Of a DNA stretch of 64,000 bases, positions 30,129 through 38,157 are shown one piece after another; the first letter of the stretch is position 1; every line of letters begins with the position of its first letter. The DNA comes from Trueperaceae bacterium. GTDB lineage: Bacteria; Deinococcota; Deinococci; Deinococcales; Trueperaceae. The stretch lies in NCBI GenBank assembly GCA_965215565.1, contig CBDCDZ010000004.1, positions 2,624,001-2,688,000 of the forward strand, in the 5' to 3' direction. The notes beneath the pieces were generated by a model. The model worked only from the letters and a program-made list of their open reading frames with translations. It had not been told where the DNA came from and made no database searches. Position numbers and translations under genes: made by a program.

Positions 30129-31220
30129 CTAACACGCTGTAAATAGCCCACTCTCCACCGTCAAGCCGGGACCGAACGCCATCGCGCAGACTGACTCTCT
30201 AGGCTGCGCGCGCCGCATAATCTCTTTGAGGACGAAGAGCACGGTGGCGCTACTCATGTTGCCGTAGTCGTGCAGGGTTTGTCTCGAGGGCGTAAGCTGA
30301 CCCTCGCTCAGCGACAACCCCTTTTGAATCTTGTCCAAAATGGCGCGTCCACCTGGGTGAATCGCCCAGTGCTGCACTTCGTCCGGTGTTCTGCCGAGAG
30401 AGGCAAAAAGCGGCGTGAGCGCAGCTTCTAAGTTAGCCTCCAAGATGTTCGGCACGTAGCTCGAGAGCACAATATCGAAGCCGTTGTCCCCTACCGTCCA
30501 CGCCATGTCCGCTTCGCCCGTGGGGGTCAGCGTGGTCTCGAGTTGCGACAGCTCCAGCACCCGCTTATCCTCTCGCGGACGCCTCGCGCTCACGAGTGCG
30601 CCCGCCGCCCCGTCCGCGAAGACCGACGCCGAGAGCATCCGGTCCATATCCGCGCCGAGTTGGAGGTGCAGCGTGCAGAGTTCTAAGCAGACGATCAAAA
30701 CCACCGCGTTCGGGTCCGCCTCACAGAACGCCCGTGCCATCTTGAGGGCTGGAAACGCCGCATAGCAGCCCATAAAGCCGACGTGAAAGCGCTGCACGCT
30801 CGGGCGCAAGCAGAGGTCTTTGACGACAAAGAAGTCCGGTCCGGGCGCGAAAAAGCCTGTGCACGACACGGTGATGACGTGCGTAACGTCGTCGGCACTA
30901 AAGTCCGAAGCGTTCAAAACCTTTCTCGCTACGTCCGTATAGAGAGGTTTCGACGCCTCCGCGTAGAGGTCGTTACGCACCTTCGTCGAGGGCGACTTAA
31001 AGGCGTTGGTCGCCGGATTATAGAAGAGCCCTTCGGTTGCATCTTCCGTAAAGTCGTGGACGACGCTGTGACGCTTCGAGATGCCCGACTGCGAATAGAG
31101 TCTGTGGATAAGCCGCTGCGTCAACCTGTCGTCCGTGCTCGCTTTAAGCGCGTCCCTTGCTCTGTCTTGCAGAAAGTAGTTTTCGGGAACAGCCGTTTCG
31201 ATGGTATGAATCAAGGTCAT
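30129..31220 (-). CDS. Type III polyketide synthase (chalcone synthase-like)
   Basis: Cys-His-Asn triad in GFMGCY, IHPGG and YGNMSS; FGPGLT. Confidence 0.95.
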   Translation of the reverse strand: MTLIHTIETAVPENYFLQDRARDALKASTDDRLTQRLIHRLYSQSGISKRHSVVHDFTEDATEGLFYNPATNAFKSPSTKVRNDLYAEASKPLYTDVARKVLNASDFSADDVTHVITVSCTGFFAPGPDFFVVKDLCLRPSVQRFHVGFMGCYAAFPALKMARAFCEADPNAVVLIVCLELCTLHLQLGADMDRMLSASVFADGAAGALVSARRPREDKRVLELSQLETTLTPTGEADMAWTVGDNGFDIVLSSYVPNILEANLEAALTPLFASLGRTPDEVQHWAIHPGGRAILDKIQKGLSLSEGQLTPSRQTLHDYGNMSSATVLFVLKEIMRRAQPRESVCAMAFGPGLTVESGLFTAC

Positions 31221-31406
31221 AGGTTCCTCTTCTCAACTTTAAGCCGCCTGCGCGTGACGCTTATGAGCCCTAGCGCACGGTGCGAAGGGTGATAGGCTCA
31301 GTGTAGTTCAAAAACCGACGAGCAGGAACGCAGCATATGACGCTTGCGTTAAGCTTTGAGGTATAGGCTGCTGTACTCGTATGTGAATTCGAAAGAGGAG
31401 GGCAAG

Positions 31407-32774
31407 ATGGCACTTATATCCACCAACCCAGCTACCGGCGAAGAGGTCGCGCGCTTTGAAGAGATGTCTTCAGACGAGGTTAAAGACATCACCGAACGCG
31501 CCTACGAAACGCACCGGGCGTGGCGCGAGGTAAGTTTTGAAGAGCGGGCGAAACGTTTGAACGAGGCGGCAAAGATTTTGCGCGACGAAACCGAAGACTT
31601 CGCGCAGATTATCACACGGGAGATGGGCAAGCCGATCTCGCAAGCGCGCGCCGAGGTCAAGAAGTGCGCGGGTGCCTTCGACTACTACGCATCGAACGGC
31701 GCGGCGCACCTAACGCCCGAAACCATCGAAACCGACGCGAGCAAGAGCTACGTCACCTACCAGCCGCTCGGCGTTGTCTTAGCCATCATGCCCTGGAACT
31801 TCCCCTTCTGGCAGGCTGTGCGCTTCGCCGCGCCAACCCTCATGGCGGGCAACGCGGGGCTTCTCAAACACGCGGAGAACGTGACGGGCTGCGCCCTGGC
31901 ACTCGAGGACGTGATGAAGCGCGCCGGGTTTCCCGAAGGTTTATTTCGCACGCTGCTCGTGCAAGTCGAAGAGGTCGAGAAGATTTTGGACAACCCCAAG
32001 GTAGCGGCGGCGACGCTGACAGGCAGTACGGGCGCGGGTAAGGCGGTCTCGAGCAACGCAGGCAAACACCTCAAGAAAACGGTACTGGAACTCGGCGGCT
32101 CTGACCCCTACCTCATCTTGGAAGACGCCGACTTAGACGCCGCTGTGGAGGCGTGCGCTACGAGCCGCTTGCAAAACAGCGGGCAGAGCTGCATCGCGGC
32201 GAAACGCCTCATCGTCGTGGAACCTCTCGTGGGCGAATTTCAGCGCAAGCTCTTGGAAAAGATGAAAGCGCAGAAGATGGGCGATCCGACCCATGAAGAC
32301 ACCGACATCGGTCCGCAGGCGCGCCCGGATTTGCGCGACGCCCTGCACGAGCAGGTGACTAAAAGCGTGGACGCGGGCGCAACGCTCCTCTTAGGGGGCG
32401 AACTGCCGGACGGTCCCGGCGCGTTCTATCCGCCGACAATCCTCACGGACGTCTCCGAAGGGATGCCCGCCTATGACGAAGAGGTGTTCGGTCCGGTAGC
32501 GGCTATTATCACCGCCAAGAACGATAAGGACGCAGTTCGCATCGCGAACGACACACCTTATGGGCTCGGCGCAGCGGTTTTTACCAGGGACCGGGGCAGA
32601 GGTGAGCGCATCGCCGCCTATGAGCTTCACGCGGGCAACTGCTTCGTGAACGCCTTTGTCAAGTCCGACCCGCGCCTGCCCTTTGGCGGCGTCAAGGAGT
32701 CGGGCTACGGGCGTGAGCTGTCGAAATTGGGGATTCACGAGTTTGTCAACATCAAGACGGTCTACGTCGCTTGA
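31407..32774 (+). CDS. NAD(P)-dependent succinate-semialdehyde dehydrogenase family ALDH
   Basis: [38 protein letters not shown]. Confidence 0.93.
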   Translation: MALISTNPATGEEVARFEEMSSDEVKDITERAYETHRAWREVSFEERAKRLNEAAKILRDETEDFAQIITREMGKPISQARAEVKKCAGAFDYYASNGAAHLTPETIETDASKSYVTYQPLGVVLAIMPWNFPFWQAVRFAAPTLMAGNAGLLKHAENVTGCALALEDVMKRAGFPEGLFRTLLVQVEEVEKILDNPKVAAATLTGSTGAGKAVSSNAGKHLKKTVLELGGSDPYLILEDADLDAAVEACATSRLQNSGQSCIAAKRLIVVEPLVGEFQRKLLEKMKAQKMGDPTHEDTDIGPQARPDLRDALHEQVTKSVDAGATLLLGGELPDGPGAFYPPTILTDVSEGMPAYDEEVFGPVAAIITAKNDKDAVRIANDTPYGLGAAVFTRDRGRGERIAAYELHAGNCFVNAFVKSDPRLPFGGVKESGYGRELSKLGIHEFVNIKTVYVA

Positions 32775-32789
32775 AGGAAATCGCTTAAA

Positions 32790-32821
32790 GGAAAAGGCGC
32801 GCAGCGTAAAACTGCGCGCCC
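32790..32821 (-). terminator. Intrinsic terminator ending the array (between convergent genes)
   Basis: GGCGCGCAG-(loop)-CTGCGCGCC with a U-tract on the minus strand. Confidence 0.75.
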
Positions 32822-32840
32822 ACCTCCGGTTGGGAGGATT

Positions 32841-33140
32841 TTAACGTTCAGTATGGAACGTTTTGCCCTCGAGCATGTACCCAAGAAGCTTCATCGTGAG
32901 CATCGGATCGAGGCTGCTCTCCGCCCGCTCGAAAGCGACGAGAGTTCTGTCGATCAGCGCGACGAGTTTCCCCTCACGCAGTCCGAGAATTTTGATAGTT
33001 CTCGCCGCGGGGTCAAGCTGCTGAGAAGGCCCAGTAAGCTCAATGATATCGGTGATATCGAACCCCTCGAGACCGCCTGAGTACTCGAGCACAACTGAGA
33101 GCTTTTGCCCTTCGATAAGGGCGGTTGGTACTTTTGACAT
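32841..33140 (-). CDS. Array protein 1, uncharacterised ~99 aa beta-rich protein
   Basis: MSKVPT...DIIELTGPSQ...KILG...FERAES...GKTF; own -10 box, 5' hairpin and RBS. Confidence 0.75.
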   Translation of the reverse strand: MSKVPTALIEGQKLSVVLEYSGGLEGFDITDIIELTGPSQQLDPAARTIKILGLREGKLVALIDRTLVAFERAESSLDPMLTMKLLGYMLEGKTFHTER

Positions 33141-33266
33141 GCTAGTTCCACTACTAAACAATAAACACCCGTAGGTGCCCCTAGAGCTTAGCAAGGTTAA
33201 GACAAAAAGGTCAGGACAACCAAAGAAAAACGCACGACTTACCGTCGTGCGTTTCGGTCGCTCAGC

Positions 33267-33590
33267 TTACGCTTTGACAACCTTAAACGTCTCATTCTGA
33301 TGTGCCTCTAAAACATCCAGCACGCCAAGGGCGGCGTTCTGAAGGTTTTGGACAGACCGAAACTTGATGCAGCGCCCCGCTTGGTCTTCTAGTACCAAGC
33401 ACTGCGCTTCGGGAAAATTAAAGTTTCCCTTGCTCCACCCCAATACTTTGAGCGTATCCGGGTTTTGAAGCGGCATATTAGGCTCTAGCGCCCGCACCAC
33501 TTCGATGACTTCGGCGTCGTTTTGTACAGTGATCAGGTCAACCCATACGCCACGCGCTGCGTCACCTCTAACAAAGGCTATTCTTTTCAT
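33267..33590 (-). CDS. Array protein 2, 107 aa
   Basis: VDLI...EVVRALEP...KVLG...FRSVQNL...NETF. Confidence 0.75.
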   Translation of the reverse strand: MKRIAFVRGDAARGVWVDLITVQNDAEVIEVVRALEPNMPLQNPDTLKVLGWSKGNFNFPEAQCLVLEDQAGRCIKFRSVQNLQNAALGVLDVLEAHQNETFKVVKA

Positions 33591-33723
33591 TTCTTCATTT
33601 ACTTGTATTACAGCGTCCCTGGTGAGGACTCTGGCAGCCTAACAGAATCAGCGAGGACCGTAAACACTAAGAAAAAAGACGCTCAACGAGAAGTTGAGCG
33701 CCCGCGAAGCCTAAACGGAGAGT

Positions 33724-34038
33724 CTAAGCTTCAAGACCTGGAAAAGAAATTCCACGGTACTTCAAGCCGAGTTGATACGGTGACCGCTCAACTCTCGAAA
33801 AACCGGAAAACGCACGCGCAAAGGTAATGTGGTAGCCTCCGCGCCCAAGGGTAAACCCTTGGTTGTCATATGAGCCCAAGATTTCAAAACCTCTTACGAG
33901 AGATTCAAAATCTATCTTTCTATCAGGACCCTGGAGAATCAGTATCTCCATAAGGTTTACCTGACCTAAGCCCGAAAAGGTCAGTTTGACCTCTTGAGCG
34001 GGCTCATTTACCTCAATACCTCTAATAATTTTACTCAT
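33724..34038 (-). CDS. Array protein 3, 104 aa
   Basis: IEVNEPAQEVKLTFS...EILILQGPD...GFEILGSYD; clear paralog of protein 5. Confidence 0.8.
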   Translation of the reverse strand: MSKIIRGIEVNEPAQEVKLTFSGLGQVNLMEILILQGPDRKIDFESLVRGFEILGSYDNQGFTLGRGGYHITFARAFSGFSRVERSPYQLGLKYRGISFPGLEA

Positions 34039-34246
34039 GTTTCTTTTCCAAATAACAACAATGTCCCTGTTGAGGACTCCCCTAGCGTAGCCGAGGCGAA
34101 GAGGTGGCGGGGCGCTACTACTCCCTTTTCTCAGTATTGGGCGCACAAGAAAACCGCTCACAGCGCCCTCTTCACCTCTATGTTGACGCTTTAGATTCTC
34201 GCCAAAGAAAAACGCTCGAGTCTGTACTCGAGCGCTGCATGTCCTA

Positions 34247-34275
34247 TTGACATATATGACCTAGCGGCATACAAT
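34247..34275 (+). promoter_or_regulatory. Sigma-70 promoter TTGACA-N17-TACAAT giving a leaderless higB mRNA
   Basis: GTG start 7 nt after the -10 box; imperfect palindrome TATG...CATA between the boxes is a candidate HigA operator. Confidence 0.85.
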
Positions 34276-34281
34276 GCGCTT

Positions 34282-34593
34282 GTGAATGTCCTCACGCCTG
34301 GTGCACTTCGCATGTTCTGGACGAAGCACGCTGAAGCGGAGGTGCCTCTCAAGGTGTGGTACAAGGACGTTCGTAAGAGCCGCTACTGCAACCTCACCGA
34401 GCTGCGACGCACCTATCCAAGCGCCGACCTCGCAAAGGCAGAAGATGGCAGCGCGCTTACAATATTCAATATCGGCGGCAACAACTACCGCTTAGTCACC
34501 TACATCAGCTACCCATCTCAGCGCGTCTACATTCGTAAAATTATGACCCACAAGGAGTATGACCGATGGAACAGCAGGGGACGGCCAACCTAA
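34282..34593 (+). CDS. higB: HigB family toxin
   Basis: FWTKH, YPSAD, IFNIGGNNYRLV, THKEYD. Confidence 0.93.
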   Translation: MNVLTPGALRMFWTKHAEAEVPLKVWYKDVRKSRYCNLTELRRTYPSADLAKAEDGSALTIFNIGGNNYRLVTYISYPSQRVYIRKIMTHKEYDRWNSRGRPT

Positions 34594-34994
34594 CCCAAGA
34601 TATCGTAAGCGCATGGGGCGCGTTTCAGTCTCGCGCTCACCTGACTCGTCCCGAGAGTGAAGCCGACTACGCGCGGCTCGTCGCGCTCAGTCATCACCTT
34701 ATCGACACGCACAACTGCGACGAGGAGCCCTACACCTCTCTGCTCGACCTCATAGGAACGTACATGCTGGCTTGGGAAAAAGCGAACGAGCCGCCTATAG
34801 AAGACGCCACACCCGCCCAAGCACTCGCGTTCTACATGGAGCAGCAAGGCGTGACGCAGTACCAGTTGGACAAAGAGGGAGTAGCACCCCAAACGACGCT
34901 GAGCCGCATCCTTTCGGGCGAACGCGGCGTCAGCAAAGCCCTCGCCAAGCGCCTCGCCGAACGCTTCGAGGTGAGTGTAGAGATGTTTCTCTAG
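34566..34994 (+). CDS. higA: HigA family HTH antitoxin
   Basis: C-terminal HTH QTTLSRILSGERGVSK...LAERF, downstream of higB. Confidence 0.9.
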   Translation: MEQQGTANLTQDIVSAWGAFQSRAHLTRPESEADYARLVALSHHLIDTHNCDEEPYTSLLDLIGTYMLAWEKANEPPIEDATPAQALAFYMEQQGVTQYQLDKEGVAPQTTLSRILSGERGVSKALAKRLAERFEVSVEMFL

Positions 34995-35079
34995 CCTCGC
35001 CTATACTGACCGCTTAGATGCCCGCCAAAGAAAGCGCTCGAGTACAGACTCGAGCGCTACCAGTCACAAGGTGGTAAGC

Positions 35080-35397
35080 CTACACGACCGTAAATTTAGT
35101 GCCGCTCCCCAATCGTAAGGAGATGCTGACGGCATCCTCCTTGGGACGCTGCAGGCTCCGCGCCTGCAAAAAGGGTATCACCTGCCCCTCGATGTTGAGG
35201 CAGAGGTGCCCGAGGTAGGCACCCGCCACGCTCACCGTGACGCGGTTCCCGTTCGGCGTTTTGTCGCCTACAGGGAACGAAACCGGCTGGGACGGTCCAA
35301 CCAGCTTAATGACCTCTTCAAGTTGGTAGTCATCCCGCAAGATGACTAAATCAACTCTTTTACCCCCGTTTTTCATGCGGGCAATTCTTACCACCAT
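35080..35397 (-). CDS. Array protein 4, 105 aa
   Basis: RVDLVI...EEVIKLVGPSQ...FLQARSL...GTKF. Confidence 0.78.
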   Translation of the reverse strand: MVVRIARMKNGGKRVDLVILRDDYQLEEVIKLVGPSQPVSFPVGDKTPNGNRVTVSVAGAYLGHLCLNIEGQVIPFLQARSLQRPKEDAVSISLRLGSGTKFTVV

Positions 35398-35692
35398 GCT
35401 ACTTTTCCTCAACTAAACAATATCCCTGGTGGGGACTACCCCAGAATAGCGCAATGAAAGAGGTCAGCGGAGCCTAAAGCGCTCCTATCCGCGCATTGAC
35501 CTCTTTGATTCTTACCCGCAAAAAAGAAACACACAACTGTAAAGTCGTGTGCTCCTGTAAACCTAAACCGTTCGTTTAGGACTTATACGGATTCCGCTTA
35601 ATTCCTTATCACCGAGAAAGGCGCTCGGTGATAGTCCATACCGCTTCATCCGTATATTTCTTCTCATTCGCTACGCTCAGATTGATTAAGAA

Positions 35693-36058
35693 TCAATCGG
35701 AATTCGTATTAGAAGACGGAAAACGCAAGCGGTGATACCTCTTCGCGAGTTCGCAGGGCGACTCCGCTTTCCACAGATCAGAGTCGGCAGAGCCAAAGGT
35801 GACGGCAAAGGCGGGAAAGTCACCTTCGTTTAACCCGGTCTCTTTAGAGAAGTTGCCCAGGGTTAAACCCTTGCCGTCAAAACTTCCCAATATCTCGAAC
35901 CCTTCGGCAAAGAGGTTGTAAGTTACCTCTTTGTCAGGGTTGCAGAGCGTCAACTTCTCTACGGTAGAGACTTTGCGCTCTGACGAAAAGGTCAGTGTCA
36001 CCTCTTGAGTGACGAGGTTCACCTCGACGTTCTTGATGTCTTCAAATTTTATTTCCAT
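35693..36058 (-). CDS. Array protein 5, 121 aa
   Basis: VEVNLVTQEVTLTFS...EKLTLCNPD...GFEILGSFD. Confidence 0.8.
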   Translation of the reverse strand: MEIKFEDIKNVEVNLVTQEVTLTFSSERKVSTVEKLTLCNPDKEVTYNLFAEGFEILGSFDGKGLTLGNFSKETGLNEGDFPAFAVTFGSADSDLWKAESPCELAKRYHRLRFPSSNTNSD

Positions 36059-36338
36059 GTTGCTTTCTTACGTATGGTTATCTATCTCTGGTAGAGACAC
36101 CTTCAGTTTAACCTAACCAAAGAGGTCAGCAGCGCCTAAGATGCACGGCTTCTCGCTTTATTGTTCAGCGCAACCTTCGTAACAGAATCTAGCGAAGACA
36201 TCTCTAACTCACATTGACCTCTTAGATTCTTGCCTGCAAAAGAAAAGAAACACACAACTGTAAAGTCGTATGTTTCAAGTACCTAGAGGGTAAGTCTAGG
36301 ATTTAGTAACTACCTAAGCGGGTAGCTTAGGATTTCGT

Positions 36339-36650
36339 TTAGTCGAGGAATTCGTATTCCTCTTTGACGAAACAGTGTTCCCGGTATTCCGAAAACAAAT
36401 TTTCTGTGCTCCAGTCCTGTCGGAGACGACAGCTCTTTATAGCCGTGACCTCAACATATCTGGACTGGTTCCCCAAAATCATGGACCGAGGTCCGTAATT
36501 AAGCCTGGTCAAGCTGAATCCATCCATCCCTTTCAGGAGACTTTTTTGTTCACTACTTAGAGCAATGAACAATACTTCCGACAGATTAGCTCCATTAACG
36601 TTAAATGTTAACACGATACCATTTGGGGCAAATTGTACTAGTTTCTTCAT
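36339..36650 (-). CDS. Array protein 6, 103 aa (most diverged)
   Basis: IVLTF...EVLFIAL...GFSL...HCF; same promoter/hairpin unit as the others. Confidence 0.7.
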   Translation of the reverse strand: MKKLVQFAPNGIVLTFNVNGANLSEVLFIALSSEQKSLLKGMDGFSLTRLNYGPRSMILGNQSRYVEVTAIKSCRLRQDWSTENLFSEYREHCFVKEEYEFLD

Positions 36651-36895
36651 CTTTTTTCCTATTACTTTACTATATCCCTGTTGGGGATTTTTCAGAGTAG
36701 CGGAATTAAAGAGGTTCGCCCATTCTAAAGCTTGCCAGTTTTTGCTCTTATGCTGCTTCTCGTCTACTGAAAGACTCGTTAGAGACGCTTGATCCAAAAC
36801 TATATTGACCTCTTAGATTCTCGCTTACGAAAAAGAGCACGCAGTCCTCAACCACGTGCTCCAAGAGCTTCATTTTCAATTAGCGAACCAACGCT

Positions 36896-37810
36896 TTACT
36901 CTCTCCCCGTCTGCCCCTTATACGTACTCTCAAAAATCTTATCCGCATTCCCCGCCTCAAACCCCTCCCGCCGGTGCTCCCGCCCTACCTCTTTTTTAGG
37001 CAAGTCTCGGTATTCGTCAAGCACGCGCCGCTCCGCAAATTCGACGTAGGAACCCGAAATCTCTCTCGTTTCGCCGCCCGCGAATTCAGCTTCGATCATC
37101 TTCGCGACGGTGGAGCTTTGTAGGAGCTTTTCGTCGGGGCTCACCTTCACTTTGCCGCCCGAGTCGTTGAGCTTGACGCCGTGTGACTCTAAAAAGGTGT
37201 TGAAGCTCGGCACGGTGTCGTAGCCTCCCGGCAGGGTGTGAACGGAGATGGTGAAGTGGTTGAGGTAGTAGCGGTTGTAGATGACCCAGGCGGCGTACTC
37301 GCTCTCGTCGGCTAAGCGTTCGTAATCGGCTAAGCTCGGCAGTCGCCAGAGGGGTGAGTGCAAAAAGGCGTCGACTTGGGCGGCGTCGTCCAGGTCTAAA
37401 TCGTCTACGGGGTCACGTGTGACCTCATCTGTGTACGAGCGGAGGATGCGCTGCGCCTTATCGGAGAGTTCATCCACGCGCAGTTCGCTGATGAAGATGC
37501 GCGGGAAGTGCGGCTCGGGCGGGGCGTACCAGTAGGCGTTGAGTTTCTTGGTGGGAAAGTCGTAGGAATCGCGGCGCGCGTAGCCGTAGTGGAGAAAGAT
37601 TTTCTCCAGCGAGCCGATGCCCAGATGCGCGACGCCGAGGGTGCGAAAGGCGATGTGGTCATTTTGGATGTCGCTGGGCTCACGGATGACCTCTTCGCGA
37701 ATCATCGCCTGGACGATAGTCTCTACGTCGGGGACGCGCGCGCTGTAGCGGCGCATGAGACCGTCTAAAACGTGTTGCAGCGTCTCGAGTTTATGGGTGG
37801 TTGCAGGCAT
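36896..37810 (-). CDS. DUF1338 family protein (2-oxoadipate dioxygenase/decarboxylase-like)
   Basis: NDHIAFRT, PRIFISEL, ESEYAAW, NHFT, LLQSST, YVEFAER. Confidence 0.88.
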   Translation of the reverse strand: MPATTHKLETLQHVLDGLMRRYSARVPDVETIVQAMIREEVIREPSDIQNDHIAFRTLGVAHLGIGSLEKIFLHYGYARRDSYDFPTKKLNAYWYAPPEPHFPRIFISELRVDELSDKAQRILRSYTDEVTRDPVDDLDLDDAAQVDAFLHSPLWRLPSLADYERLADESEYAAWVIYNRYYLNHFTISVHTLPGGYDTVPSFNTFLESHGVKLNDSGGKVKVSPDEKLLQSSTVAKMIEAEFAGGETREISGSYVEFAERRVLDEYRDLPKKEVGREHRREGFEAGNADKIFESTYKGQTGRE

Positions 37811-38052
37811 GGCAGCTCCTTACACAAATGCAGTTAAAGCTACGATACCTCCGAGAGAAAGGTGTGTCCAGCGGTGTACGTAAGTTCGAGAGGTCATCTT
37901 CAGATTTTGCCTACGAAGGGAAGGTTGAGCTTGAAACGAAAAACCGCTTTGTAAGTAGGAAGAAGTCTCGAGACCTCTTCTCACGCCCAAAAAAACGAAA
38001 TGATTCTAAGTTGAGTGTTGCCACGTACCCCTTTTGCCACCTCAACGTGATG

Positions 38053-38078
38053 AACAAGGGGTTTCAACCCCTTGCTTC
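38053..38078 (+). repeat. REP-like hairpin family B
   Basis: AACAAGGGGTTTCAACCCCTTGCTTC. Confidence 0.85.
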
Positions 38079-38157
38079 AACATCATTGTCAAACTACGCA
38101 GCGCTACTGTCCAATAAAAAACCGCCCGGAGGCGGTTTCGTATGGGTAGAGGGTGTA

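Noticed and set aside
36135..36202. Short peptide ORF (MSSLDSVTKVALNNKARSRAS) inside the unit-5 stem-loop
   Set aside because: No equivalent peptide in the other units and only a weak RBS; likely chance.
33615..36688. CsrA/RsmA sites (CAGGGA) in the 5' hairpins
   Set aside because: The GGA sits in the stem rather than the loop, and it is lost in units 1 and 5.
36651..36797. N-terminal extensions of array ORFs (track starts 33194, 34161, 35412, 36797)
   Set aside because: They run through the conserved promoter, hairpin or RBS; the downstream ATGs align across units.
32780..36870. Classical integron/attC array
   Set aside because: I found no RYYYAAC...GTTRRRY boxes after the stops I checked, there is no intI in the window, and the units carry their own promoters and terminators.
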